NCBI GenBank assembly: GCA_030141605.1
Contig: JAQGDQ010000226.1
Span: 186,001 to 250,000, forward strand
Length of the DNA: 64,000 nucleotides
Direction: 5' to 3'
Origin: Tubiluchus corallicola
Lineage: Eukaryota; Animalia; Priapulida
In this document: piece by piece, positions 13,056-25,500 of the stretch
Numbering within the stretch: the stretch's first letter is position 1
Layout of the letters: every line of letters begins with the position of its first letter
Notes under the pieces: model-generated
What the model saw: the letters and a program-made list of their open reading frames with translations, nothing else
Databases searched by the model: none
Told to the model about the DNA's origin: nothing
Translations under genes and position numbers: made by a program

Positions 13056-15957
13056 CAGTAAATAAATAAATATATAAATGAATGAATGAGTGAATTAATG
13101 ATAATGATTTAATTAACGAATGAATGAACAAATGAAAAAATGAATGAATGAAACAAGTCAAATACACACAAACTGTCCAAATTCATTTAGACTGGTCAAG
13201 CAGCTTATAGGCGGTGATTAACAGTTAGGACAATACCAGTAAGTATTGGTGTATGACAAACGCGTGATAGACTGCACGTCAGAAAATCACAACATTTCTC
13301 CTCTGCCGGACAGTCCGCATCAACCGCACAAGTCCGGTTAGGGCAGTGAGGATCCTGGAATGAGTACGGGTCTTCACACATGCCCGGTTTCCCTTCTGAA
13401 ACAATAAGCACGCATGATAACATAAAATTAATACTAAAAGGACCAGAAAACCTTTCATAAACATAAAAGTTAAAAATCCGTTTTGAAATTTTATATCACT
13501 TACATACTGCCTTTTTACATACAGGACTTGCGCACATGTCACTAACTAAGCAAAATTTTAAATTACTGCATCATTTTATTAAGATTGAAAATACGTTTTT
13601 TGGTTAGTGAGTGGTGCACCCTGGAGGGTGAGCCAGCGACATTTTACCATTTGACATGAACATTTTAAATTATTATTTCTAGTTACATAAAGCCTTTCCA
13701 GCAGGTTAGTGAAATGCCAAGTAATGTGCATTTCCTTGGAACGTTTTTGGGGACGTAGTTTAACATTTCCTTTTCTTCCCCTGATTTACATTGTGCGTAG
13801 GTGACGTCATGTAATGGCGCGGTCAGTACAGTATTGAGGAAGATTTAAAATGAAAACAAACAAAAAAATTTTTTAACACGAGTACGATATATGCTTCAAA
13901 TCGTTATAAAGTAATATAATTTCTTAACTTTTTAAGACGTTTTTGTGAAACCTACCTCGTGTAATCCTCTTCTTGTCCTTAACGACAAGAATAATGACGA
14001 CGAACAAACTGACAAACACACGAGGACCAATCCTTCACACTCGCTCAGGTAAATATGAAACGATACTCACCAAGATGACAATGACTGCCTATAAATCCCG
14101 GAGGACAGATGCAGGTGTAGAAATCTGTCTCATTAATACAGGTGCCACCGTTTTCACATGCTCCAGGTGAGCACAGGTGTCCTTCTAAAATAATGTTACA
14201 ATTCACAGTGTGTTAATAAATGATCAATTAAGAAAACAGGTGTAGAAAAAGCCAAGTGACTGCAAACATTACAGAAATAAAATCTCTATAAATACCTAAT
14301 TAGGCATAATTGACAGAGAATGTAATTAAAAGGAGAAAGGCCAAGTCTCCTGGGAAGTGAAGCTTATTCCCATATTGGCAAAAAATGTTAGAAGGATTTA
14401 GTGTGATAAACTCCTCTGTGATGTAACTAGTAAAGTCACTTTGAAGTCGCGATCATGTCACGCTTGAATGCTCGCGTTTTTATTGCCCATTCTTCCACCA
14501 ATGACGTCATTCATTGGCCGAAGAAAAGTAGCACACTGTCAATTCCTGTCAAAAGTAAAATAAGTTTTGCAAAAAATTAAATAGGTAATTTTCTCATATT
14601 TTCGCAAGAACATTAGGTAAGCTGCAGAAGTTTGTTTAGTTTAGTTTAAGCAGCGCGCGCTCATGAAGATTCACGATGCGCTTACAAAAAGTCACAAAGT
14701 CCACCAGTTACGTCATAATTTTCAAGTGATGGTGGCTACCAACGCACCTGAAAATTTCCATGCAACAGTAGCATAAATTAACTTTATGCTTATTAGACAG
14801 TTTTTTTTTGCAAATTCCTTTGTTATATTTTTCTTAGTTTAGTTGAGTGATAGCATAAAATAAACATACTTAACATGCTAACTGACTTGTCCTTTCGTTT
14901 AAAAATAAAAGTGCAAAAACCATAGATGCAAAACCCATAGATACAAAAACCAGAAGATACGTCCACTCAGTGGCAGCTCGTAACGGGGGTGTTTACGAAC
15001 ATATGTAATTTTAACGTTGTAATTATAATTTTAAACAAACAAACATACGAAAATTTATACATAAATTTGATAAAATCTTAAACAAAATACGGTTTGCTTA
15101 AAATTCAGAAATTTTTTACTCATTATCCTAATACTGTGTAAAACGAAACAGACACGTGTAATTTTAAATATAGTAATTTGTAATTGCAATTTTAAACCAA
15201 CAAACAGACGACAATTTATACATAAAATTCTAAACAAAAATATCGTTTTCTTACGAATAGCCTTAGTTTACTGTATCATACACAAAAGCTGCATAACGCC
15301 ATTGTAGCAGACTCAGCTTTTTTTGTTAATCTCACTTACAAATTCGTGCACGAGGCACCATCTGTGGCGGGAATGTAAAGCTTTTGGTTTTGGCCAGTTT
15401 TTCAGTTTGTTACCTGCTAGTCACCTGTCTCTTTTACTCACCTGTGCTCTGAACAGTCAGGTTAATCCACTTTAAGGGATATGTGAGACATTTATGTTAC
15501 AATAAAGCATTCAGTGGTATTAACCTCTGTTGACAGTGTTTCTGTGACTACAGCCATCTTAAACCTTGCTTTGTTATACCCTGTTCTAACAGGCAATCAG
15601 ACATGCCGTACAAAAATAAAAAAGCTCTGTTATTTACCACACAATTTTCCAGTAAATCCCACAAGACAAGAGCACAGGAAAGATCCCAACATGTTAGTAC
15701 AAGAGCCGCCGTTATGACATGGGTTGAATAAACACTCGTTAATATCTGAAAATAAACAAATGGGTGGATGGTTAGACTGAAGGATGGATGGATAGACAAA
15801 TGAACGAGTAAAGAACCGAACAAGTTAAATTTGACTAGTATACCTGCCTCGCATTGTTTCCCTTCAAACCCAGGTTGACATAAACACAAATATTCGTCTT
15901 TGTCCTTGAGACACTTGCCATGGTGAGCACAGTAACTAGGCCCGCACTCTGTTGCAT
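9122..15957 (-). CDS. Single-pass membrane protein: EGF, cbEGF, EGF, WAP, thyroglobulin type-1, antistasin-like, Cys-rich (FOLN-like), TM, long Pro/Ser/Thr/Lys tail. Exons 15844-15957, 15638-15745, (possible small exons 15340-15580), 14071-14184, 13237-13395, 12246-12482, 11750-11868, 11052-11154, 9122-10725; start/signal exon unresolved
   Basis: Phase-consistent GT-AG exons: DATECGPSYCAHHGKC..YLCLCQPGFEGKQC; DINECLFNPCHNGGSC..FLCSCLVGFTGKLC; CSPGACENGGTC..YTCICPPGFIGSHC; KPGMC..CAVDADCPAEEKCC..C..C; CLSTGEYRPLQ..TGHTWCV..GQPVYGT; CQEKCFFG..DYNDLCPTCVC..PCD; GIECPELEYC..C..C.C....C; TM IYLIACYVITMVSSLTAACAAYFW followed by RFKRR. Confidence 0.8.
9140..9780 (-). repeat. Coding 27-bp minisatellite, about 23-24 copies, encoding KELPSQP(T/A)T
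   Basis: Plus-strand unit GGTAACTCTTTAGT(G/A)G(T/C)AGGCTGGCTT, in frame with the TM exon. Confidence 0.95.
10701..10984. repeat. 65-bp tandem repeat x4.4 duplicating the intron/exon junction of the TM exon
   Basis: Units start at 10701, 10766, 10831, 10896 and 10961; the four complete units carry minus-strand ...TTATCATT(A/C)CAG|GTACAGACGATGGC. Confidence 0.92.
11256..11340. repeat. (AG)n microsatellite
   Basis: About 40 AG units. Confidence 0.95.
12890..13055. repeat. AT-rich near-perfect palindrome (about 12890-12975) followed by (AC)n/(AT)n microsatellite
   Basis: Arms ATATATTATGTATATTAATACATTTGCATAT and ATATGCAAATGTATTAATATATATAATATAT (1 mismatch) around a self-complementary TTAATATATATTAA core. 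Confidence 0.85.
13541..13978 (+). mobile_element. Dispersed repeat of about 435 bp (unclassified non-autonomous element), copy 1
   Basis: Colinear with 24820-25250 from ACTAACTAAG to TTCTTGTC. Confidence 0.75.
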
Positions 15958-16734
15958 CTGAAATAAAAACACCGATCAGTCACTTAAGTAATGCATTGTA
16001 CTTCTTAATCTAAACAGGAGAACGAACAAACAGACAAACGGATGGGACTTCTTCCAGTTACACCTACAAACTTGCGAAATGATTAATCAACTCATCGTTT
16101 TAAAAAAAATCCTTAAAGATAACATAGCATTTATTGATTTAATTATAAATTTCATAGATGGCGACACAATACGTAAGCACTTTGATGCGCTACAGAATTC
16201 AGCACGTAAAACCACTCATTGATGAGAAAGATGAAGCATCAGATTAACAGACACTTCTTCACACAATGTTTAATTTTTTTACTTTATTATAAAACGCTAA
16301 GATACTTTAGTGTTGAAACTTCAGTAAAAAGCAGAAAAACACCATTTGTTTTTCATCACAGTATCCATAACAACAAATTATTTATACTCTTATTTTTAAT
16401 ATTATCTTTTACTGAGTTGGTGAGTATACGAATGAACTAAAACCTACTATGACCGCAAGGGACTGTGTGGTCTGATGGTCATGCTATTAGACTAAAAAAG
16501 CCAAATGTTTCTTTAGAAGTTTTTAGGATCACTTTCGTTCATTATGGTCAAGTTTGTTTTACAAAAATTAATAAAATATGTGTTCACAGTGTCTAAAATT
16601 TTTACATGCAACAGCTAAAAACCACAAAATGTAAACCCTCTAGATTACAAAGTTCCTAGTTTTTTAGTGCTTATGATGCATTTGTAAAGTATATAGCATG
16701 GGAAGAAACATAATGGAAAGAATAATAATATTAT

Positions 16735-17000
16735 ACTATCCATACCCAGTACCACCCGTTCCCGTTCTCCACATCTCAGCCGTATAACTTTTGCAAAAAA
16801 CGGCCGAAGGGCCATTTTTGGAGGTTTTTCGCCCCCCCTCCTCCTGGTGGGCCCGATTCGAAAAATAAACCCCCAATGAGATGACACTAGATCGAGACCT
16901 TTCGTTTGATATATAGATCGCCGCAAATGGTGCCGCCGTCGGAGCTGTAGCCTCAAATCTTATATATTGGACTGCTCTCCACTTTTAATGGAGGCAGAAC
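16735..17000. mobile_element. Probable Helitron/Helentron-type non-autonomous element
   Basis: GC-richer island with a GATCGAGACCTTTCGTTTGATATA-type core and terminal imperfect hairpin CTGCTCTCCA-cttttaa-TGGAGGCAG; family assignment is by resemblance only. Confidence 0.4.
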
Positions 17001-17110
17001 GGATGGCACTGCGGCCTACACTGTGTGACATGTCTCAAAAACCAAAACCAAAATAATGAAATAAAAATGACGATTTATTACCAAAAAAAGAAATGTTCCA
17101 AATAGCTTAC

Positions 17111-17221
17111 CGAATGGAGCAAAGCCTGATGAAGTGCGAACAGAGCTGAGATGAGATGAGGCGACCACTGACCAGGATCTACAGCAGACCTACACTTTTT
17201 ATAAGCTCAGGTGTGCACGTG
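17111..17221 (-). promoter_or_regulatory. Candidate core promoter and first exon of the minus-strand EGF/WAP gene
   Basis: TATAAAAA on the minus strand at 17196-17203, CACGTG at 17216-17221, strong donor G|GTAAGC at 17111/17110; no ATG in this exon. Confidence 0.45.
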
Positions 17222-19432
17222 ACTAGTGGCTCCCACTAACACAAGGTCAGAATAAGCGTCTATGTGCTAGTTAAAGCCACGTTCACACGCACACCTGAGA
17301 AGTCTGCTGTATTCTCCTGCCAGTATTACACTACCTCATCACAGCCCTGCAGTACAATATATATAAAGCCTATACCAAGAATATTAATATAAGAGATTAC
17401 TTTAGCTATTAGTTACTTACTCTCTTCGTGAAAAAATGCTAAAGCGAATAACACTGATGCGGTGCTGCAGAATAATGTAAGCATTAAGGGCCATTTCTTT
17501 AATCCCATCACAAACCAAAGTAAAACTCAGTTTCTGAAACAAGGTAAGTTAAATTTTCGAGTTAATATAACATGAAGGATGGTATCGTAAATTGAGTTTT
17601 CGTGCAAATCATGAGACGATGGTAAATTTTGGTGGCAATATTACATAAACCATCCTTTTCCACATACTTCAACATCACATATCCCTTGTTAACTAATTGA
17701 ATTTGCAATGTTTACACTATAATAATACATGCTTTTCAGCAGTTTGAATGTCCAAAATGTTTATGACTGATTAATTTTTGTTTCAGTATAGATACGTCCA
17801 TAAGCAATGTATCCATCTTATGTAAAAGTATAAGATTACCAAAACAATACGTTGTTAGATTTACGTACTGATGTACGACGGATGCACTGACAAATCTGTA
17901 ACTACACTATAAAATTGTCATATCACCCATTTTAGAAAGTGAATCGCCAACACAGAATTTTTGGTTAAAAAAGAACATATAGCCTATAGGTACTTTTTGG
18001 TTGTTTAAATGCGCGCGCACGTATGTGTGTGTGTGTGTGCTTGCTCAAAATTATTTAAAACTACTCGAAATTTTCCTTAAATCACCGTCTGACAGCTGAA
18101 TGAATTAAGTCAGACCTTATACTTAGGGAAACCTGCAAATTTATAGTAAGTGATTTTCTGTGTGGAAAACACATGACAAGACTTAGTAACGGTCAATTCC
18201 AGTGATGCAGTTCTTCTATCATCGTGTATAATAACTTAACGAAATATCGAAGAAAAGAAGTGGTTAATGCAAATTACGCAGAAACCGTAGAGAAAGAACT
18301 GAGGCGGTAAGGCAGCATCAAATGAATCATGAATCACTAAGAAGATCATTTAAAACATTATAAATTTAAGTAACAAGCGTCCTTTTGTTTGGCGATAAAA
18401 CCCTTTTATCTTCATCAATCAGCTTGCGATGCCTATAATTTTACACAAGATTAAAACGAACATCAGTTACTTTTTAAAAGCGGTTACATAGCAGCCAGCT
18501 ACGAACACGAACATAATTTTTTTTCACGCCAGCAATATGACAAACCGCAACGAAGTTAAAAGCTTTACTAAGGTTTCCCATGTTTGAGGCACGCTCTATG
18601 TGAATGTAACTTCTGCGGAAAGTGTAATATTCCCGTGATTTTGTTGTTTTGGAAAATATATTGCAGTGAACGGTGAGTCAGTGACCAGGAATTTTTCAGC
18701 AGGTTATGCTTAATAGATTTTCTGCATGATGTAGTCTTAGAATTAGATGTAAGACATTAGAAGAGCTGACCGACGTCAGGTAATATAGACGGCTTACGGC
18801 GGAAATGATATCATCCAGTGGTTGTTTGCCACGTGTGTCTATAGGGTGACCTTCTTGCAAAATAATGTAAAGATTAGGCAGCAGCGCTCATTACTTAGTA
18901 AGTTACTGAAAGTGAGTGTAAGTAACCAACAGTAGGTTAATCGTTAAGTTATTCTTTGATTGCTTCAACTTTTAATTTGAATTCAATTTTCTTGGCTACA
19001 ATGAATAGGTTACTTGAATTCTGCACTATACTCCAGACAGTCGGTAAAACTTATGGAATACGTGAGTTATTATGGTGCAATGATACAAAAAAGCAACAAA
19101 TGTGAAATTATAAGTGAGGTGCAGGCTGAGAAGTTGGTATTGAATAACCAGATTATGCAGCAGAGTTGGAAGTTGAGATGTCACTTTCATGTTAGTAAAG
19201 GCTGAGGATGCCTTAGTCTGGATACGGAGCCTCCTTAAATGCTATTGTCTTTTTTGGATAGGAGATTATTGACCAGAGACTGTCCCGTGTGCAAGTGATG
19301 TGATTGTGCAGTGTTGCTGAATGATAATGGTTATACAATTATTTTTTTCAGGTTTTGTAAAATGTGAATTTTTCCTTGAGTAATGTTGACTAGAAATTAC
19401 CTGTACTACCTTGACAAAGAATTTTTAGCAAT

Positions 19433-19487
19433 ATGGCACAGATGGAAGAGTTTATAGGTATGTATGTTTGCAACAAAAACGGCTTGT

Positions 19488-19521
<34 letters not shown>

Positions 19522-22500
19522 TAGATAGTGAAAATTTACATGCACTCTATTAAAATAATTTGCAGTTTTGCATGTCGTTAAAGTGCCCCTATTCATAAGA
19601 AATTTTGCTTGACTCTCTGCTGTTAGAAATGATGCGATGGAATGGCAGTTGCAGCAGTAGAATGTATTGTAGACCTATATATGTAACAATCAGTGCAGTG
19701 ACCATGCAGCTTTAGCAGACTTGACACAGGCAGACCTGCTACTAGTAACCAAAATGGTTAACAATGCAAATATATCTATAATTATCTGTAGTAGGCTAAT
19801 TAGCTTTTTGCCCTTTGCATATAGATTTGCGAAATGACTAACAATAAATATGAAAACGGCCAGTGTGTTTTAAATCAACCGTATTGAGCTGTTTTGGTTC
19901 TCCGGTGATTTATGATGTATGTGTATGTAAGTAGTAAACAAAAATCAGACAGTTTGGTGCATATTCAGGTATATCGTGATGAGTGTCATATCGTGAGGTC
20001 AGCATCGTGACATGTATGTATTGTATCGTGATGTATCGTTACACCCATAATGATAACTGTGTGCTTGGACACCAAAACCAGAAAATACGTTGGCGCAGCT
20101 AAAACTGCGTCATGATACTTGAAAGCACAATGCATCAAAAATTGCGTAAATTTTTTTTACTTTTTTACGAAAACAAATCCTAAATGAATTGAACTTTTAT
20201 GTTCCAGCTGCAAAACATCCAGAAATTGTTTAGAAAACACTAAAAGTTTAATTTTATAACTCCTTACCTACTTTTTTGCCTAAAAACCAATGTTAATTTT
20301 GTCAAAAACATGCACCTAATGAGTGCCATGTCAGCAAACGGTCTGTTCCTGTTGCCAGCAAGATCGGAACATCTGAAGAGCATTTCCGCCGGCTCTTTAG
20401 TCGACTGTATGGTCATCGGGTCAATATGATCGCTGACCGTAGCTAATTGTAATTAGTGCAGTTATGAGAGGTGCAGATTAGGATGTGACAATTGCCGCAG
20501 GGTAGAATGGACTGGTCTCATTTCTGAGCAGAAATAAGAATTTTTACCTTTATGGTAGAAAAACAATGAAAAAAACAAGAAAAACTAAAATAATTGCAGA
20601 AAAAATTACTAAAAAACTCAGCTTGACCAGAAAATGTGTGTCTTTGCAAACCAAAACCGTTCATAAGTCCTTTTTATGAAAACAAACGTAAATATATTGA
20701 ACTTTAATATTCTAGCATCAAATTATCAATAAAATGTTTAAAAGAATACTAAAAATTTTAATTTTATAACCCCGTACTCACTTCTCTGTCTAGAAACTAG
20801 TACTGCAATTGTTAAAAAACACGTACTTTCATTTTGCTTGTTGTTTTTTCAGTGTTGATTTTTTGATTGCTTTTTTTGTTGATCGTTTGTTTATTTGTTT
20901 GGTCATTTCTGTTTATTGTCATCATTTCCTTTTTAAACATGGTGCAACATGTAAATGCATGTAACATAAATAGTGCATTTGCAATCACACTTGCTGTGAA
21001 AAATTTTAAGCTGTTACAGATGCTAGAGAGTTGCACAGACGTCCGTTTAATAAAGAAAATTGGGAAATTTTTTATATCGTGTCGCACTTTGACCTACCAC
21101 CTAAAATGTATATTTTATTGTCTGTAATAATTGCCAATCAGTTAATCACTAATCACTAATTATTAGCTTGAAAACCTAATTAGCGGCCGACGAGCGAGCT
21201 AGCGAAGAGGTTACAAGTGGGGAAAATTTTCTAACAGCAGAAACCTTGCCTGAGCATTTCTTCCGTGTTTACGAAAACGATAATTGAAATACGGCAAATA
21301 TTGAAATAAACAACTCTATATGCATTAGTTAGATCGTCATTGGATTTTAATTTGTGAATGATATTCAAACCCTCAATACAGGAAGAGTCTGTTAATGAGG
21401 TTATATAACTTAAAGCTTGGAGATGTGTTATTTGTTAAATATGTCCAAAATGGTTATACTGTTCTGCACCAATGTTCTTTTTGGGCTCCGCACTTCTTAT
21501 CGTCGGCCCTGGTTTCACCCGGTAAAGTGGTACTTCATGTCCAGGGGCGTTTTAATCAATTGGCTAACTAGGCCTAGGGTGCCACATTTAAGCGCCCAAT
21601 TTAAAAAAATTCTTATTATCCTCCGAAAATGTATGTCTGTTCATATTCATGTAAAACAAACATTGCATAACACACCACAGGCAGTTACTGAGATCAGCTT
21701 TTATATAAGTGTCAAATAACGAACAAGTACAAGGTAGTACACAACAAGCAGTTGCCCAGTCTGCTTATATATAAGCGCTGTTCATATACACGTAATTAAC
21801 AATGACCATGTAGAAACTAGGTTAATAGTGTTACTAATACACCACAAGTAATTGTTTGAACTGTTCAGTACATAATCGATCATGAATTCACATTTAGCCA
21901 AGGGCATTGTGAAATTTTGATATGTCTCTGTTCATCTCATTGTGCTGGTTGCACTAAATTCAAATGTATAAAGTTGAGTTGCTTAAATTTGAATCAAGCA
22001 CATGCCTTATACAAATGACAGAGCAGAACTCAAAAATATAGTCTCTCCAAATTGTCTGAGAAGCTTTATAATATTCAGTTTTTTTTTATTTAATTTTTTG
22101 CATTTTATTTTGTCTTGCTTATTTAGTAACACACATAGCCATTGGTTTAGTAACTTTTGAGATCATTCAGTCAAAATCAGCCAGGAATTCAAACTGTTCA
22201 TAGAATTCTAACTAGGCTTTTAATTCGGTTACTTGAGTATCTTAATGTAATTACAATGTAGTCAGCCAATCATATAAAAAAAATTTAGTGGCCGCAAAAC
22301 TTCTTCTAACAGCCTACGTTTAGGGACAAGAAACTTATATCGAAAAATTAATTTACTATCTACATTTGCTATCATATTTTATTTGTTTATTGTATGTCTG
22401 CTTGTGTTGTACATATTTAGGCCCATAAGGAGAATTTTATGCATAGGATAAGCAAAGAATTTGAAATATTTTTATTAAATTTGATTCGATTTCTGGATGA

Positions 22501-25500
22501 ATCTTGAAGTAATTGGGTCATTCTGCCTCAAATGGTCCCAGTTCAGAAACTGTTGCGCTGTGTCTGCCATGAGTTTGGCTAAAACCTCATAGGACAAGTT
22601 AGCATGAGTATTAAATAGAAAGTCTTTGAAGTACTGTATTGAAATTTTTTCCTGGATTGACCTTGATCTTGAAACAAGTTTCACATGTTTTTGCAGTGCC
22701 TTGTACATACCTAAAATGTACTCACCTTTAGAAAATGACTTTTGATTTACGGTTGCTAATTTCTCTCTCAAATTTCTCTCCCAAAGTTGTTTCACATGTT
22801 TTTTGCAGTGCCTTGAGCAGTACGTACCCAAAATGTACTCACCTTTAGAAAAGCAATTTACTGTTATGACCTTTGATTTACGGTTGCTACTATCAGTCTG
22901 TTGCACTCGTATTTCAGCACTTGTCTTGTGTGTACGCCTTGGGGTCGAATCGTTCTGTGCTCTCTGCTCTAAACAGCTGTTGATTTGAACCAGTTGCTTC
23001 TGTTTCTGCTGTTTTAATGCTGTGTTATTTTCGTTCATGATGTGTTAACTTGATCCAGTCAATCAGCTGTGTTTCAGTATAGGAAGCAAACAGCAGTTTC
23101 ATTTTTTTGCCTTACTGCCTTGAGTGTCTTCTGCAACACATGATACTGCTCATCTACTCTGTGTCATCCTAGCAAAAATTGTGCTCTAGTGAATTTGCTA
23201 TTTTACTGTTGACTTGTGCAAACAGAAATAAAAATCATTGCACAATACATATGTTTGTTTTGTGAATTTGCCTTATGTGCATCGTTATAAACTCTTGTTT
23301 ACCCTGAGAAAGTGTTTTAGTGTGTTCTGTCAGTTATTAATGCTTAATTTACTTTGCTTTGTTGAAATTCCAAGTCATTGTTGATATTATTCGGGTTTGT
23401 CATGAAATAATATTATTAGACAGCCCGTGTCCAGTGTTGGAGCTATTTGTGTATTGTATTAAACCTGGCTCACATCTGTCATTTAGTTGTTTAAACTACA
23501 AGTTATGGCGACCGTTCATTTTGACCGTACATGGTCGAGTAAGTATTATCAAATAATTTAAAGCGACATATTTCTCTCGTGTTTTACGTTACGTTTTGAT
23601 AGATGGCTCTCAGAGATCTTTGACTGATGCCTGAAAAGCACGTCATAAGATATTGTCGTTATTATAGGATAGTTTGTCTATCGAAAGTTCACAAATTATA
23701 TGTCACTTATTTTTCTGTTTTTGGTAAATAATCACTTACGGTTTACGCTGTGTTAGTATGTGGCAGAAAAGGGTATCATTGCCAAGGGCGTATCAACACT
23801 TTGCGATGCCCCAGACTGATAGTTTTGCCCTGCCCATCTCTATTATGAATTCATAGGTTTCCTATGTAAAGTGCAGGTTAAACAATTATTTGTGGTGCAT
23901 TAGGTCTTATATTCAACCAAGCTGTGCAACTGCTTGTTGTGTAATACCTTGCACCTGTTCGTTATGTGGCACTTATATAAATGCAGCGCTCAGTAACTGC
24001 CTGTGGTGTGTTATAAAACGCACCCTTTACATGAACATGAAAGTATACACATTTTCCGAGGAGAATAAGAATTTTTTCTAAGATGTGATGCCTCAAACTG
24101 AGATTTTTAATTGAAGGTCAACATTGTTTATTTAAAAGGTAGTGTGTTGGTTTGATTTAGGATTGTTAGTCATTCTTTGAGTTTTTCTCTACAACAATGT
24201 GCGAAGATAATCGAGCAAAAACTGTTCAGTATTTTAAGTTTGGAAATCACAGTACTATTAAGGACAATATTTTCCATCACCAAATCTCTCCTATCATAGC
24301 TGTTTAAATGCTCATTCTTGCAATTACTTGATGTCAATCAGAAGGTGTTTAGTTCAATTGCTGGATTGAAACACATTTTTTTCTGGTTTAGCGGCAATAA
24401 TTTTTCACATGGTACTGATTGCCGTTCTCATTTAGGGTCACAATGTTACATAATTCTCAAATAGCTGCTAGTAATTTTCTGTATTTTGATGTTATTTTAG
24501 AAGAGGATGCAGAAGATAAAGAGGAGTACGATGATTTGATACCAAGGTTATCCGAAGTCCGTGTTCAGATTCGGCATTTGCCGAGAGCTGGGTAAGCTTT
24601 GTTATTGATTTTTTAAGCTTTACAATTTTTATACCACTTGCATACTACCTTTGCAATGGTATGCAGGGCTTGCAGCGACAGTAACGCTGTAGAAAACTGG
24701 TAAATTTAAACTCCCACGATCACCGTTAGGCCATTTTAATGTTAGATCGTTTGAAACAAGTTTAGAAAACATTAAGTAAAGTTTGAAAAAGTAATCAGAG
24801 CATTCGTAACATACACATCACTAACTAAGTAAGGTTTTAAATTACTGTATCTTGTCAACAAGATTAAAAATACGCTTTTGGCTAGTGAGTGGCGCACCCT
24901 GAATGGTGCGTCAGCGACATTTTACCAATTGGCGCAAACATTTTAAATTATTATTTCTAGTTACATAAGTCTTTCCAGCCGGTAAGTAAAATGCTTAGTA
25001 ATATAAATTTGCATGGAAAGTTTTTTGGAACATAATTTAACATTTCCTTTTCTTCCCCTGATTTACGTTGTGCGTAGGTGATGTCATGTAATGGCACCAT
25101 CGGAACAGTATTGCGGGAGAGATTTAAAATGAAAACAAAACAAAAACTCCTTCTGATGCGAGTACGATATATGCGTAAAATTGGTATAAAGTAATATGAT
25201 TTTTTAAGGCGATTTTTGTGAAACCTACTTCAGGTACCCCTTTTCTTGTCTGTCAAGTTCAGAACTTCTCGGAATTTGTTTACTTAATCAATAATGATAT
25301 TTACTACATTTGCGTAAGATAACTTTTTTCTGTGTTGATAATGTGCCCTTTCTATCATAGCTATTAATTGTTTATGTAGCAGGTTGTTAAAAGAAACATG
25401 TGAGACATGTTTAAACAATCTATTCCATGTTTCTTGTAAAAATTGTCTTATAATACAAACTATTTTTCTAGAGTGATTACACAATATACGAATATTACCA

